A stretch of 63,015 bases of DNA, filler included, from Lenisia limosa (GCA_001655205.1; 8 parts of 8 records of this genome joined end to end with filler, not necessarily neighbours in it); one strand, 5' to 3'; positions 23,901-37,038 are shown, counted from the first letter of the whole stretch. Numbers and translations: made by a program. The notes: generated from the letters alone by a model not told the origin.

Positions 23901-26900
23901 GGCACACCTGGAAGAAAGGCTGGTAACCTGGCTTTGTTGCTCCATTTTCTTGTTGTCAGCCAACTTCAAGTTTTGACTAAGCGCCGTGACCTGGGCCTCA
24001 AGGTGACTGGTCTCGGCTTTTTGGGCCAAAAGCGCATCCGAAGCCTGCTGGTCCGCCTGCATAGCTTCTTCTACTTGTGACCGCTCCAAACTCAGCTGCC
24101 TATCAACCAGCGATTCCAGTTCGCCCTCGGCCACGGCCAGACTCAGCTCCACAGTCTCAACGTGTTCAGACAGACGTTCGGCCTCGGTCCGTTGGGCCTC
24201 AAGACTGAAGACAGTCGACTGGTGCTGGTCCTTGGTGTCTTGCAGCTCGGCAAGGGTGGCAGAGAGGGTCGAGCGGCACTCCTGGTAGGCAAGAGCCACG
24301 TCATCAAGCTGGGCAATGACGTCATCTTCTCGCTCCTTGAGCTGGGCAATCTCAGCTTCGTACTGGCTGAGAGCATCTTCGGCTGCCTGAAGAAGGGCTT
24401 GGGTGTTTAGGAGGTCACTTTCAACTTCCTCATTCTGGGCTTTCAGTGTATCTCTGTCCTTCAACGCTTCAGAAAGCTGGTGTTGGAGACTCTCGTTGGA
24501 ACTTTGCGCGGCTTCGGCTTGAGCCTTGAGCTTGTCCAGGCCGGAGACGGCCTCTGAAAGGGCGGTGTTGGCGGTGTGGAGTTCTTCATTGAGCGCTTGC
24601 GTGAGGCGTGTGTGCTCCTGAAAGGAAATGAGAATAACATACAAAGATATCAATACATTCATAGTGCATCTAAAACATGGCATACCTGAGCAGTGGTGTC
24701 ACGGTCTTCTTCCAATCGCTCAATGGACGCATTCAGCTCCTCAACAAGATTTGACGTTTGACGTAAAGTCCTATCCGCCTCAGCCTGAAGGACAGAAATC
24801 TGGTCACGTGACTCGACGAGGGACTCCTGCAGCGCCTCTTGCGTGGCGTCCGCGTCGGTCTGTTCCGAAATACTAACACGCTCAAGGTTCCGCTGACAGG
24901 TACTGAGATTCGATTCCAGTTCGGATTTGGCAGTTTCTAAAAGCGATAGCTGAGACCGGGCGGCTGCCAAGTCGGAAGCGGCCTCGGTAAGTTCTGCCTT
25001 CAGCGCCAAATAGAGATCTGAAGATTCTTGCAATTTTGTCTCTAGCTCTTCAATACGAAGGTTCTCTTCAGTGAGGCTGACGTTCTGAGAAGTGATTTCC
25101 ACGATTGTAGCGCGGAGGTCCTCAGATATACCCCGGGTCGGGCTTGAAGAGTCCCAAAGAACGGGACTGGTCTGGCACGAATTGGAGCTGAAGGGAAGGG
25201 GTGGAGGGGTCGACGCAGTGTCGGACGGCGGGAGGGACGGAGTAGGTTCAGTTGATGGGGATGAACAGAGGTGGAAGGTGGTAGAAACGGTCCGTTTTGG
25301 AATGGGACTTAGGACAGAGAACATGTTGCGCGACGCGATGGAGTCTTGAAGGGCAAAGCCAAGCCGGTCATTCAGCAGACTGGTCTCGTTGTTGAAGCCG
25401 TCAACAAGAGCCTCAAGGTTGGCAATGGTTGCTTCTGATGACGTTCGAAGCACCTTCAAATCGCCTTCCAAACTCAGGACCTGCGAGGTCAGGACTTGGA
25501 CCCGCTGTTGGTCCTGGAGATGCATTCGCTTAAGCTGGCTGCAGACTTTGGTCAGAGCTTTGGACTTCATGTTCTCAAACCGAGCTTGGCTCTGCGCCCG
25601 AACCCGCCTCGAGATTTGGTCCTCTAAATTCGACTCGGCAGTAGTGGTACTTTGCCAGGCAGCTTCAATACAGTTTACAATGGACGGTGGGGGCGACGGT
25701 GGATGATTTTCGGTCGGGTCGGAAGCTATGTTGAAAACTATGTCGGAAGCAATGTCGGAAGCTGGGGAAATGGACCGCGGAGTGGCGCTGTTCATTCGTT
25801 CACTCTCGAAAAGTGGCGGTGAGAGAGTGCGCGGAGAGGCCACCTGGATTCCGGCATCCGAGGTGTGATACAGGACGGGTGACGTGGCACATTCCTGAGA
25901 GGCGACGGGGGCGGAAGACGACAGCATTGCGTGGAGACTTTGCGTGGCGTGCAAGGCTTGTTCCTCATATTCCGAGACTCGCGACTGAGCAGCGGCAAGT
26001 GCCTGGCTGTGTCTGCTGTCCACTTCAGCCAAATGTGAGGTCAGCGTTCCGAGCATTTGCGTCCGCGTGTTGAGCTTGCTTGCAATGTCGCCTACCTTCC
26101 GTAGCAGCACTCCTGTCCGCATTTTGGCGACGTTTTTGCTGACGGCGGCGGCGGTGGCAATCGGCACGCTCTCGGCATAGGCTGAGAGTCGTGAGGCGGC
26201 ACGGACAAAGACGGGTTGCAATTGGGGAGGGAGGGTGGAGGTGTCGGGAATGTTGCGTGGCGCTGGCGCATGGTTGGGTTCTTGCGTGTCTGAGAGGGCT
26301 TGCCAAAGGGCCACAATCGCACCGTCAGATGTAACAGGGTTGGAGGGGGTGTTGCCTCGAATGTTTTCAACGCTCTTCAGCTGGAGCTCAAGTTGGCGTG
26401 ATTTGAGGCGCGAGAGTTCCGATTGGCGCCAACCCTCACGAGCCAACTCCCGCATAGCCTCAAGACCCTGGCTGGGACACGTGGGGGGCTCGACCGGGAT
26501 AACTGGCCTGATAAACGGCTGTGGTAGCCAGGGGAGGGCAGCTGAGACCTGCGGCTTCAGAGACCGGACCGGCTTGGTTTGAGTTTTGACTTTCAACGCC
26601 AAGCATAACGCATCCACAGCGCTGGTGTCAACAACAACCTGCGGCGGTGGTGGTGGAGGGACAACTTGCAACTGAGCCTCTAACCGAGCCAGATTACCAC
26701 CAGTTTGAGCCGACTCAGCCCTAAGATCGGAAATTTCCTTCCGAAGAGCCGGGACAAGAGCAGCGTCGGACCGCAGGAGCTGGGCTTCCTTGACGGCAAC
26801 TTCAGCGCGCATGGCGTCACGTTGCGACGACGCCCAGGCTTGATCACGGTCGCGGCGCACGTCGTAGAGCGATACAGTGCTGGAGTCAACAGCGGCGGCA

Positions 26901-29270
26901 GTGGCCGACTTCTGCTTACGGAGCTCGTCGGACAAGAGGCCCATTGAGGTCACACAGCCGTCCCAAGCCATGTCGGACTGTGACGCCGCCGTCTCGAGTG
27001 CTCCCGAGTTGACAAGCGACAAGGCTGAGTCACTGTTCCCGGCACGGACCAAATAGGCGAGTTGCAGAGCGGTGTGGCTGAGGTTACGGCCGGCAGCGGA
27101 CCAAGACCCGGCAGTCATGGCCCCGGATAGTGACACGTGACACCATGACACGTCAGTCTGCGTGTCGGCAGTATTGGAGGTGATTGGAGGGCGGAACTCC
27201 TTCATATCCTGCTCCAGGCAGCGAATGCGGTCTTGAGCACTCGCAAGGTTCTCCTCGGCTATTTGCCGCATAGAATTGATCTTAAACGAGCGTTCCTGTT
27301 CGGCAAGCATCATGATGGTGACTCTGTTCTTCTCTTCCATGAGGAGGGCAGGGAGGTCTGACTCTGACGCTTGTAGGGCTTGTTTAGCGTTGGCTGCTTG
27401 GTGCTCTGCAGCGGCTAAAGCAGACTGCTGTGTGAGATGCTACTTTTGGGAACAAAAATGAAAGAGCGACTGTGATGAGGAGAATATAAACTTATGAAAT
27501 ACCGCCATACATACCTCAGCGGTCACAGCTCTGTGTAGCGCTGTTTGTACTTCAGACTCCAATTCAGACACCTGCATGATGAGGCGTGCCAATTTGAAGT
27601 CAGTGTCACACATATATTGAAGTACCATGATTTCATGATTGCCCCCCACCTGGGCAGCCAACACGGTTGCAGAAGAAAGGGAGGCTCGGAGCTGACCTCG
27701 AAGATCGTTGAGCGCTTCAACCTGATTGGTGAGAAGGCATAGAGTGGTGAAGAACAAAAGAAAAATAACGCCGGCACTTACATTAGCGGGAATAGTGGAG
27801 GGAGACGGCGAACGCGGAGCATCGGAAGGTTTAGTTCGCTTTGCTTCCGATTTCGCAGATTCCGACAGAAGCGCTTCCGAAGGCGGGGGAAGCTCCTCCA
27901 TCAGTGAGTAGGCAGCCAGAACCTCGGTTTCAAGATCGTTGATTTGCCCTCGGAGGGCAGTGATTTCAGACGTCAGCGCAACACGCTCAACAGCCCATTC
28001 GCCGCCCTGCACCGGATTGAGTGAGGTGAGGGCGTCGGCACGGGTGATGTCCGCTTCGAGGGTTTCGTTCCGACTTTGCAGAGCCGATAGCTCGTTAAGA
28101 AGGCCAGCATTCTGCTCGGACGTGGTAGTCAGCTGGTCAGACCTGGACTTTAGTTCGATGCGGAGGGCTGCCACCTGGGTGGACAGCACTTCAGCTTCGC
28201 CACTTTTCTCTTGAAGCAGCATCTCCAGACGGCCAATAAGAACCATGCCCTCCTCAATATCAGCCTCCAACTCCCTAATGCGCTGCGAGTTCTCGGAAGC
28301 GCTCAGGTCGGCCGGCGTGGGTGGCAGGATGGACTGGATAGTGGCTGACGATGTTTGTACAAGCTCGGTCCGAGCCAAGTCCAGTTCATCTGTGAGCCGA
28401 CGGACATCCGACTTGAGCCGATCAGCCTCACGGTGTGCTACCTCCATCTCAACAATGGTCCTGTCCAAGTCGGCACGGAGGATTTCATTTGTCCGGTCTG
28501 CGGCCTGTGCATCGGACCGACGGGCCTGGTTGGACTCGGCTATTTGGATCTCGAGATCGCCAACACGCGAGGCAAGCTCAGAACTGATACCATTACTGCT
28601 TGCAGACATGTTGACCTGGGTGGTGAGTATCGATCAATGATCTGAAAATAAGAGTGGGAAGCCACTATTTGTGATAAAATTATATGAGAGCCGGGAACAG
28701 CATATCATATTATACATAAACTGACCGGTACGGGAGTAGCTGGTCTGTTCTGGTTCTTGAGATCTGCTTGAAGGGACGATATCATCTGAACAGCGTTGTC
28801 CAAGTCCGAGTTGACCGCCGACAAGTTGGCCTATGGGTGTGAAAGGCCAAATAAATCATTGGTGATGGACACTTCACAAGGCCACAACAATTGAGAAGTT
28901 GACCGCTCACCTCCCAAAGTTCTCTGTCCTTGCGGTGCAGGTCCTTTGCTATGGCCAAGGCCCGGCCAAACTCAGACTCACAACGTCGAAGGTCGGTCCT
29001 CGATTCCTCTAGTGCCGTCACCACATGCTGGTGGCTCTTTTGCACTGCGATGAGTTCTTTTGCCAGCTGCTCTCGCGCCTGGTTCTGGGCAAGTTAACGG
29101 GCTCCCTGAAAATATTTCATGGTAGCCAGACAATGTAGCCAATTCGAAGCGAAGTACCCAACAACAAAGAGACCCACCAAAGCCTTTATCTCGTCATCCC
29201 TGGCGGACTCCTCAATTTTGAGTACTTTAATGTCATTCTGGGTGCTGTTAAACTATATTGAGACGATGTG
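20915..29270 (-). CDS. Giant coiled-coil protein (probably over 2000 aa; 5' end lost at the scaffold edge)
   Basis: Long ORFs 22446-24683, 24659-27340 and 27440-28609 are rich in A/E/L/Q/S heptads and are linked by short GT-AG introns. Probable last exon FVFEDFDENAISIPITDRDSILEDMF-TAG. Confidence 0.85.
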
Positions 29271-29353
29271 GAGTTCAGCACAGCACTACTGACTACAACT
29301 GTGTGGACGNNNNNNNNNNNNNNNNNNNNNNNNNNNNNNNNNNNNNNNNNNNN

Positions 29354-29365
29354 TTAATTAATTAA
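29354..29365. other. Artificial scaffold linker
   Basis: TTAATTAATTAA (stop codons in all six frames) centred in an N block. Confidence 0.95.
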
Positions 29366-29559
29366 NNNNNNNNNNNNNNNNNNNNNNNNNNNNNNNNNNN
29401 NNNNNNNNNGGATGTTGTGTAAAGGGAGGGGCGGGTGTTTAGTGTGATTGTTAGTGACAGTGTGTTGTTTTGATGATGCTCAGTGTACACTTTTAGAAGG
29501 GGGGTGGGGTAGCATTAAAAAGGATCACTTAACATTCATGTTCTATTTTACTCAGGTCA

Positions 29560-30730
29560 TTCAATTCACTTCCAGGATAACGTCCCACCCTATGGTCCAG
29601 GCCTCCCCAAGATCCCACTCTTCTCCACGTCCAACGACTCTGATTTCAGGGACTTCCTCCTTGCTAAACTCAGTGGGTTATTGGTATTTGAGTTTACTTC
29701 TTCTTCATATCTGGCGTATCCGTCATCTTCTTCTCCCTCACACTGCCAACATATTTTGTGATAATGAAGAGTTTTTTTTTATTTTTTATGGAATCATAAA
29801 ATGAATTATTTCTCATATCACTCGATTTTCATTAATATACTATTTTATTGTTTCCAAAAACACACTTTACTAATGTCCTGCAGTCAACGGTGAAAGAGCC
29901 TGTTACAGTGCCCCGGCCTTCAAACTGAAAATGCAGAGGACTGTCGAATACCTCCTCTCGGAAATTCACTCGAAGTACCTTCCCACATCCTCCTCTTCTT
30001 GTTTGTGGGGTTTCGTCTGGGTTTCTTGGTGAGTAATATGGAATTACAATTACTAAGAGCGAAGGTGATCTTTATTTTGTTGATATTTTTTTTCTTCGAC
30101 ATCATATTTTATTACCCTATTTNNNNNNNNNNNNNNNNNNNNNNNNNNNNNNNNNNNNNNNNNNNNNNNNNNNNNNNNNNNNNNNNNNNNNNNNNNNNNN
30201 NNNNNNNNNNNNNNNNNNNNNNNNNNNNNNNNNNNCAAAAGCTCCCTTTTTATGGACTCCACTAGTTCACGCCTGTTTTATGAGCGCTGTTCAGGAATTA
30301 CATCCGCCTTTAGGGCTTCACTTCGGTTCAAAAATAGACTGAATTTCTCGATAAATCCTCGAAAACTATCGATAGTTATCGGTATTTTTCGAACCGAAGT
30401 GAAGCTCTATCCGCCTTACAGGAGCTACATTAAATATATTTTTCCATCCATTAAATATGAACTGAACTGAACTGAACTTTCAGGTTCGTGGAGGTTCAAG
30501 ACGCATGTCATCTCCAAATGTTGAAGGAGGCGGATCTGGTCAGCTCTTCGAAGCAGTCGAAGTAAGTCTATTCTATTTTCCGATATTGCAAGGCAAGTTT
30601 CCATATTAGGAAGCTCCTCACCTTCCATATACGGAACTCACACCCAGATTTTCGGCCAATTCCCTACTGAAATCAAGGCCTTCGACATTTGGGGCCGACT
30701 TGGCCGCAGATTCGTCTTCTGCTCAATTGA
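29560..30730 (-). CDS. Fragment of a hypothetical multi-exon gene
   Basis: Candidate exons AEDESAAKSAPNVEGLDFSRELAENL|, ELPNMETCLAISENRIDLLRLLRRADQIRLLQHL and CEGEEDDGYARYEEE|. No family recognised. Confidence 0.4.
30311..30409. mobile_element. Family B MITE (about 99 bp, PIF/Harbinger-like termini)
   Basis: TAGGGCTTCACTTCGGTTCAAAAATAGAC...TTTTTCGAACCGAAGTGAAGCTCTA terminal inverted repeats; at least 8 copies in the window. Confidence 0.8.
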
Positions 30731-30884
30731 CGTGAGAGGGGGGGGGTTCGTATCAGATATTATCCGCAATTATATTTTTCATATATATATAGACAAAACA
30801 TGAATCACGGGACAAAACTGTGAATCAGGGACAAAACTGTNNNNNNNNNNNNNNNNNNNNNNNNNNNNNNNNNNNNNNNNNNNN

Positions 30885-30896
30885 TTAATTAATTAA
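30885..30896. other. Artificial scaffold linker
   Basis: TTAATTAATTAA within an N block. Confidence 0.95.
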
Positions 30897-30945
30897 NNNN
30901 NNNNNNNNNNNNNNNNNNNNNNNNNNNNNNNNNNNNNNNNGCTCA

Positions 30946-31820
30946 ATGTATTCCGACAGTTTTGCCCAGCCCACCCCTGGCATGAGTGTTAGAGCGCATT
31001 ATGCCCCCTCCCCTGCCATAACCTACGATTCCAGAATGTCACGTGATATCCGCGACTATGAAGTAAGTGTAATTAATTACTTTTCAGTGGCACTACTGAA
31101 GCATAATAGATACTGGATTATTCGGAATAGTTTTTTTTTTGTGAAATCTTGATGGCTCTCACAATCCAGATGCCTGAAGACAGAAGAGTCACCTTCTCTT
31201 CACGCCCCCAGGAGGTTGGCAGATAACAATAGGGTGTTGAGTTCTTCATTTGTCGAGCAGCATATTCTAACGCCTTAGCCGACAAAGCCATCTCTTCCCA
31301 CTTCGCGACACCCCGGCATTGTCGCACCAACCCTCCAAGGAATGGACAGATCCCCCGTGCCTGAACCGTTAAGATCAATGCAGTAAGCTCAGGTCCACCT
31401 TGCTCTATTTTAGAGAGGGAATTGACAATACCAGCCCCCATCCCCCACAAACACCCGATCCACGAACAACAGACCCGCGAAGGGTGTATTCTGACCTCCA
31501 CAACAACTTGGTATGTACTTGCCTTCTCCTTCTCCTTCTCTCTTCTACTTTTGGCATGAAATGACTCTTCAGTTAGACACATTGAACTCCGCCACGCGCA
31601 CGCTGGAAAAGACGCAACACTATCATCAAAAGCGCAGTAATTTATAGGTTTCCCATTGTTGAAAATGTACATTAGATTGTTAGAAACTGAGCGAGATATT
31701 TATAGCAACAGGGCAACAGGTTCCGAGCCTTTCTGCCTATCTGATACTCACAAGTTAGAACAAGAGTACGCGTCAATATTGCGTGCTTACTGCACTAAAT
31801 CACAAAAGAGAAATACCTGA
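30946..31820 (+). CDS. Hypothetical protein, multi-exon
   Basis: Candidate exons MYSDSFAQPTPG...DIRDYE|, ...DRSPVPEPLRSM|, GIDNTSPHPPQTPDPRTTDPRRVYSDLHNNL| and LDTLNSATRTLEKTQHYHQKR| have GT-AG flanks. Confidence 0.45.
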
Positions 31821-32031
31821 CTAAAAGAGTACAAGTTAGTTAGTCCTTGATCCAAAACCAAATTAGTAAAATACACCTTGTACGTTTTTTAAGTTTTTTA
31901 AAAGATTAATTGGTTTTTATAAGTTATAATTCTTTTGTTGAAATAAAAACAATATTCAGTCATTTGACATTAATTTCGTAAACCCTTTTCAACTTATTTT
32001 TTTAAAAAAATGCCCTTTTGAATTCAGCAGA

Positions 32032-32835
32032 ATGGGAGATTATCAACCACGTCAAAACAACAGACGGTATGAAGTGCAATTTGAGCTCACTGATCTCACT
32101 TTTGATTTGATGGGATTTTGAAAGCAGAAGCCTCATAACTTAGCGATGGCGACTGGGACTGCCCAAGCTGCGGTGCTCACTGCTTCGGCTCTCGTTACAG
32201 CTGCTTCAAGTGCAGTGCTCCCCGCACTGATGGAGGTGGACAAGCTTACCAGCCTCAAGGTGAGCGTTAAATTGATTCATTGTATTTAGGAGATGTTTTA
32301 ACGGCAATTAATAATTTAGGATTTGGCTCAGGTGGATACGGTAACTTTGGAGGCTCTCGCGGCCCCCGTGCCCGTGATGGAGGTGAGAAATATGTTAATC
32401 AGCGTAATGTGCAGGGACAATTAGGAATATAAGCTCTCTTTTGATCATCCTCCCCCTCACTTTTTGTTTCTTTTCCTTTTCATTGGGCTCTTTGAGTAAG
32501 CCGGAGTCTTTTAAGATTAAAAAAAGCGAATGCCTTTGACAGAGGAGGTGAGAATGACGTTCCAGACTGGTCTTGCCCAGAGTGCAATGCCCACTGCTTT
32601 GCCAGCCGCAACGAGTGCTTCAAGTGCGGTTGTGTCAAGCCCGAGAACGCCGCTGCTCCCGCTGACACTTACCAGAACAACAACCGTCGTGATGGTGGTA
32701 TGAAGGTGTTTTGATTCTTTCGTTAACTCCACTTTGGTGATCCTTGTAGACTGGGACTGCCCTGGCTGCAGCTTCATGAACTTCAGCTCTCGCAACAACT
32801 GCTTCAAGTGCCAGACTGATCGCCCCCAGATGTAA
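32032..32835 (+). CDS. Gly-rich RNA-binding protein with three RanBP2-type zinc fingers
   Basis: Three W-x-C-x2-C-x3-F-x2-R-x2-C-x2-C units: DWDCPSCGAHCFGSRYSCFKC, DWSCPECNAHCFASRNECFKC and DWDCPGCSFMNFSSRNNCFKC, with Gly-rich linkers. Confidence 0.9.
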
Positions 32836-33049
32836 CTCTCATTAATATATACCCTATAGACTTTCTGACTTTGAGCATAGTGGGTCGTCTGATACTTTAT
32901 CATGTTTCCATATTATATAATATGAATGATTTCACAATTGTTTCTTAATTGCTGACAATGCAAGTCATGTTAGTATTTTCTTCATGCCTTCTCCCAATTG
33001 GTGCTACAAAGAACTGTTTAAACCCGGAGCGACATATATCCCAAAGTGT

Positions 33050-34811
33050 TTAGATTTCGGGGACAGCCCATACGCAGTCTTGAATAGCGAGATCTTGAGA
33101 GTGAGTCACTGCTGACCAGTGTAAAACACACAAACCGTGGAATTGGTCAGCATGAAGCTTGAAGAAACCACTGTCAGCCCAAGGGGCACCCCATGAGTTA
33201 CGCACAAGCCAGTACTCCTTATCGTTCTCAACACCAAAACCTAAACAACGTGAAATTAGAAGATATAACCCGTTAGCTTATCCCCTGCATACCGACAACG
33301 GAGATGATGTGGTTGGGCTGGGCAAGGAGAAGCATCTCACTGTAGACTTCACCACCCTTGAAGTTCTCAAGCTTGTCAGTGGCGTGGATAGCACTAGACA
33401 GTTAAAATTGCGCGTCACAAAACAGGAAAGCAACTCGATAATTCCGCATACCAGGCAATGGGGCCACGGGCAAAGATCTCGGCACGCATCTTGTGAACCT
33501 TCTCTTTGTGAAGGAGAGAGCCAACAGAGCCGTATTCCGAAACCTTAATCGTCAAGAAGAAAATAAGAAAGAGGGGGGGGGTGCATCAGCTGGAACAACC
33601 ATCCCTTGTTAAATGCGAAGTTGTTTCAATATCATAAGTAATGGCCAATGTTAATGGTATACCTATGCAGTTTTACGAAGTCTTCGATATTATGTGTTTT
33701 TGTGCTCTCAATAAACAATTTAAATATGCCAAGTACACTGACCTTGAATTGCTTGTGTCCCATCTTGCCGTCCTTGGCAGGTGCAATCAATTCGCAGTCT
33801 GCTCCTGAAAAGAATTAATGGATAACCCAACAACTAATCTCCATCCTTCGAAATAAAAAAGAAAGGCAATTTAGCTGTCACCAACCAGGGGGGCAGGTAG
33901 AACAACGAGACCATTCAGTGCAGTCAAAGTCACGGGACTTGTAATTGTTGCCTGGTGCGAGATTAGGCAACACTTACACCAAAGATGATAGTATAAGGAT
34001 ACAGATTATTTAAGAAGCTTTAATTTGCCCCAACCAACAAGACTCGTCAACAAAGCCTTCATGATGGGCAAACTGATAGACACCAATTCCGTTGCCACCG
34101 CTAGAGGGTTTAGGGCTTTCTTTGTACAGGCTTAGTGCTTCTTTTATCAAAATTCAAGGCAATAATACCCATTCCTTTCCCTCATACTGACATCCATTGT
34201 AAAGGCACTCAACGATTTCTTGGGAAGAGAAGTAGTGTCCAGGCCATGCATTGCCACTAAAAGATTCAGATACCACCCACAACAAACTTCACATACACAA
34301 AAGCACTGACCATTCCCTCCCCACGTGGCAATGTTGAAACGGTCAGCTGCAGCTGAGGTGGTTCCCTGGGCCCAGCATGAGCCACAGTAGACAGGAATGT
34401 GTTGGTCTGAAGAGTTAATCGATCTTCAGCATAGCTGAGACATCCAACATACTACGCATGGGAGAGAGGTAGTTGACACCATGGACATTGCCCCTGTTTG
34501 GTATAAGAGAATAAGACGCATAAAAGGGAACAAATCTATTCATTCAGGATAATCTAAAAGCTACACTTGTTGAATCCTTTGAAAGTGTCCTTATCTCCAC
34601 AAACCAAGTAAAGTTAGCAGGAATACCATTGGGTTCAAGGTAACTATGGGGAAGTGGGGACTTGATCATTTCAGTTGGCTGAAGAGCGGTCATTTTTTAT
34701 CACCAATATATATCTACGTACCTCATTATCGACCACGTATCCGCCAAAGAGGGGCCTCGCACAAGTAACAGAGAGCAAGAAAGCAGAAATGAAAAAGACA
34801 ATGCTGTTCAT
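33050..34811 (-). CDS. CTSZ: Cathepsin Z/X-type papain-family cysteine protease with signal peptide
   Basis: [12 protein letters not shown]|[26 protein letters not shown] (the cathepsin Z HIP insertion and catalytic Cys), [29 protein letters not shown], and a hydrophobic N-terminus. Confidence 0.93.
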
Positions 34812-35264
34812 GGTGACTACCATCGATAATCCTTTAAGAGCACTAGTCAATGGATGAAAATTGAGATGAGGTTTTTTATTTATATACAAATATTCTACTA
34901 CCCCATGCTTGCTCTTATGAAAAAACATCCCCCACTTCCGCCTTTTCAGCCAGTTTAACACTCTTATATGTTGTATTATAATTTTAAAGATAATGGGAGT
35001 GGAAAAGAGAAGCTTCCAGGAGACCTCACCATATTCGACTTCCAATCGCGCTTCTCCCAAATTAAGCAAGTCTGGATCGAGCCATCCTTAATGCAGAATC
35101 CCGATTAGGCAGGCTATGGGTTTATAAATTCTTTTTGTTTGAATTCCATATCATCTAGTAAATTTTTTGCCTAGATTTTAGTGTGTGTATTTAGTGAATT
35201 TATCTTAGTGTTTTTTAACCTAACCTGTTTTCAACGTTCCTCGTTTGTTTTCAAATACCACCTT

Positions 35265-36589
35265 ATGAAGGTCATCCTTCTTTTGTTGGCAATTTTTGCT
35301 GCCTTGGCGTCAGCACAACTAAGTGAGTTGCGCTCTTTGATTTGGTATTTCTGGTAATTGGGCTTACCACTTTTAAGATTGTCCTGCTGGCCTCACTGAC
35401 TGCGGCTACGAATGTGCTGATTTCAGCTCAAACCCCAGGTTGGGAAGAGGATAATCATTTAATTGTTAAATACTAAACGTGGAACCAAGCTGACTTCTTT
35501 AGGCACTGCGGCACCTGCGATACCCGCTGCATGGCTCGACAATGGTGTAACGATGGACAATGTGAATGCATTCCCGGCTATCAAGAGTGTCTTGGAACAT
35601 GTGTCATTGACGCGTTCTTCTTCGATAACCTGAAGCACTGGTAGGAAAGCTTACTCTATGGAACATAGCTTTTGATGTTCATTTCTCTCACCATTATAGT
35701 GGTAGTTGTAACAATCACTGTGCGGATGACGAGCTCTGCATCCTTGGCGTTTGTAGTGCTGCCCAAACAGTGTGTCCAACTGGTTCTTCCATTTGCGGTC
35801 CTGATGATAGCGACCTCTGCTGCCGTGATGCTGATCAAGCTTGCATTGAAGAAGTTCACGGCTACAACAAGATATACAAGTGCGTCTGCAAACCTGAATT
35901 CCCTACCTGCGGTGATCTTTGCTGTGCTATTGAAGAGGAGTGCATTGATGGTGTTTGCACTGTTCCCCAGAAGACCTGTCCTACTGGTACTTTTTTCTGT
36001 GGCCCTGAAGAAAATGAGCTCTGCTGCCGTGAGGCTGACCAAGAGTGCAAGCAAGAAACTCACGGCTACAACAAGGTCTACAAGTGTATCTGCAAGCCTG
36101 AATTCCCTACCTGCGGCGATCTTTGCTGTGCTATTGGAGAGGAGTGCATTGATGGTGTTTGCACTGTTCCCCAGAAGACCTGCCCTACTGGTACTTTTTT
36201 CTGCGGTCCTGAAGAAGATGAACTTTGCTGCCGTGAGGCTGACCAAGAGTGCCAAGAGTGTAACGAAAACTACAAGAAAGTCTACAAGTGTGTCTGCAAG
36301 CCAGAGTTCCCAACTTGCGGTGATCTTTGCTGTGCTATTGGAGAGGAGTGCATTGACGGTGCTTGCAGTGTTCCCCAGAAGACCTGCCCTACTGGTACTT
36401 TTATCTGCGGTCCTGAAGAAAATGAGCTCTGCTGCCGTGAAGCTGACCAAGATTGCAAGCAAGAAGTTCATGGTTACCAAAAGGTCTACAAGTGCGTCTG
36501 CAAGCCAGAGCTCCCAACCTGCGGTGATATTTGCTGTGCTATTGGAGAGGAGTGCATTGATGGTGTTTGCACTGTTCCCCAGAAGACCT
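35265..36589 (+). CDS. Secreted cysteine-rich protein: signal peptide, Stig1-like Cys module, then at least four 68-aa/12-Cys repeats (3'-truncated)
   Basis: MKVILLLLAIFAALASAQL; DFSSNP.HCGTCDTRC...DNLKHCG.C; the ORF stays open through the repeats until the gap. Confidence 0.9.
35773..36588 (+). repeat. Coding tandem repeat, 204 bp x 4
   Basis: Units start at 35773, 35977, 36181 and 36385, each encoding CPTGxxxCGPxxxxLCCRxADQxC...YKCxCKPExPTCGDxCCAIxEECIDGxCxVPQKT. Confidence 0.95.
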
Positions 36590-36633
36590 NNNNNNNNNNN
36601 NNNNNNNNNNNNNNNNNNNNNNNNNNNNNNNNN

Positions 36634-36645
36634 TTAATTAATTAA
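36634..36645. other. Artificial scaffold linker
   Basis: TTAATTAATTAA within an N block. Confidence 0.95.
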
Positions 36646-36689
36646 NNNNNNNNNNNNNNNNNNNNNNNNNNNNNNNNNNNNNNNNNNNN

Positions 36690-36815
36690 GGGGGGGGGGG
36701 GAGAGTAAATTTGGAAAATTTATGAAACAAAGATTTTTAAATGACAACACATGGTTGAGAACAACAAATATATAAAACAAAACGTAGGCCAGTCGCTTCT
36801 TCAGCACCATCCAAT
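36690..36815 (-). repeat. Family D1 dispersed repeat
   Basis: The plus strand reads G-run-AGAGTAAATTTGGAAAATTTATGAAAC...GACAACACATGGTTGAG...GGCCAGTCGCTTCTTCAGCACC, colinear with other D1 copies. Confidence 0.75.
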
Positions 36816-37038
36816 ATGGGTGGTAGCATCATACACCTTATGATATGTCCCATTAAGTATACTACACAATCGATTGGTGATATTTTATATACTATATATA
36901 TATTATTCTTCATAATACAGTTTACAAATTCCAATCATCTTAGAAGAGTCAGTGGAAAATTGGACAATTTATCGGCGTTTATTGATATTATGGGTCAACA
37001 TAATTGATATTTTATATTGTCATATATCTGCAGCAAAC

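Noticed and set aside
35773-36588. CRISPR-like array
   Set aside because: The 204-bp units are contiguous, in frame and coding, with no unique spacers and no cas genes.
35656-36637. Long overlapping ORFs 35656-36480 (-) and 35672-36637 (+)
   Set aside because: These are shadow frames of the Cys-rich repeat. Only the 35770 frame joins the signal-peptide exons and gives a coherent Cys pattern.
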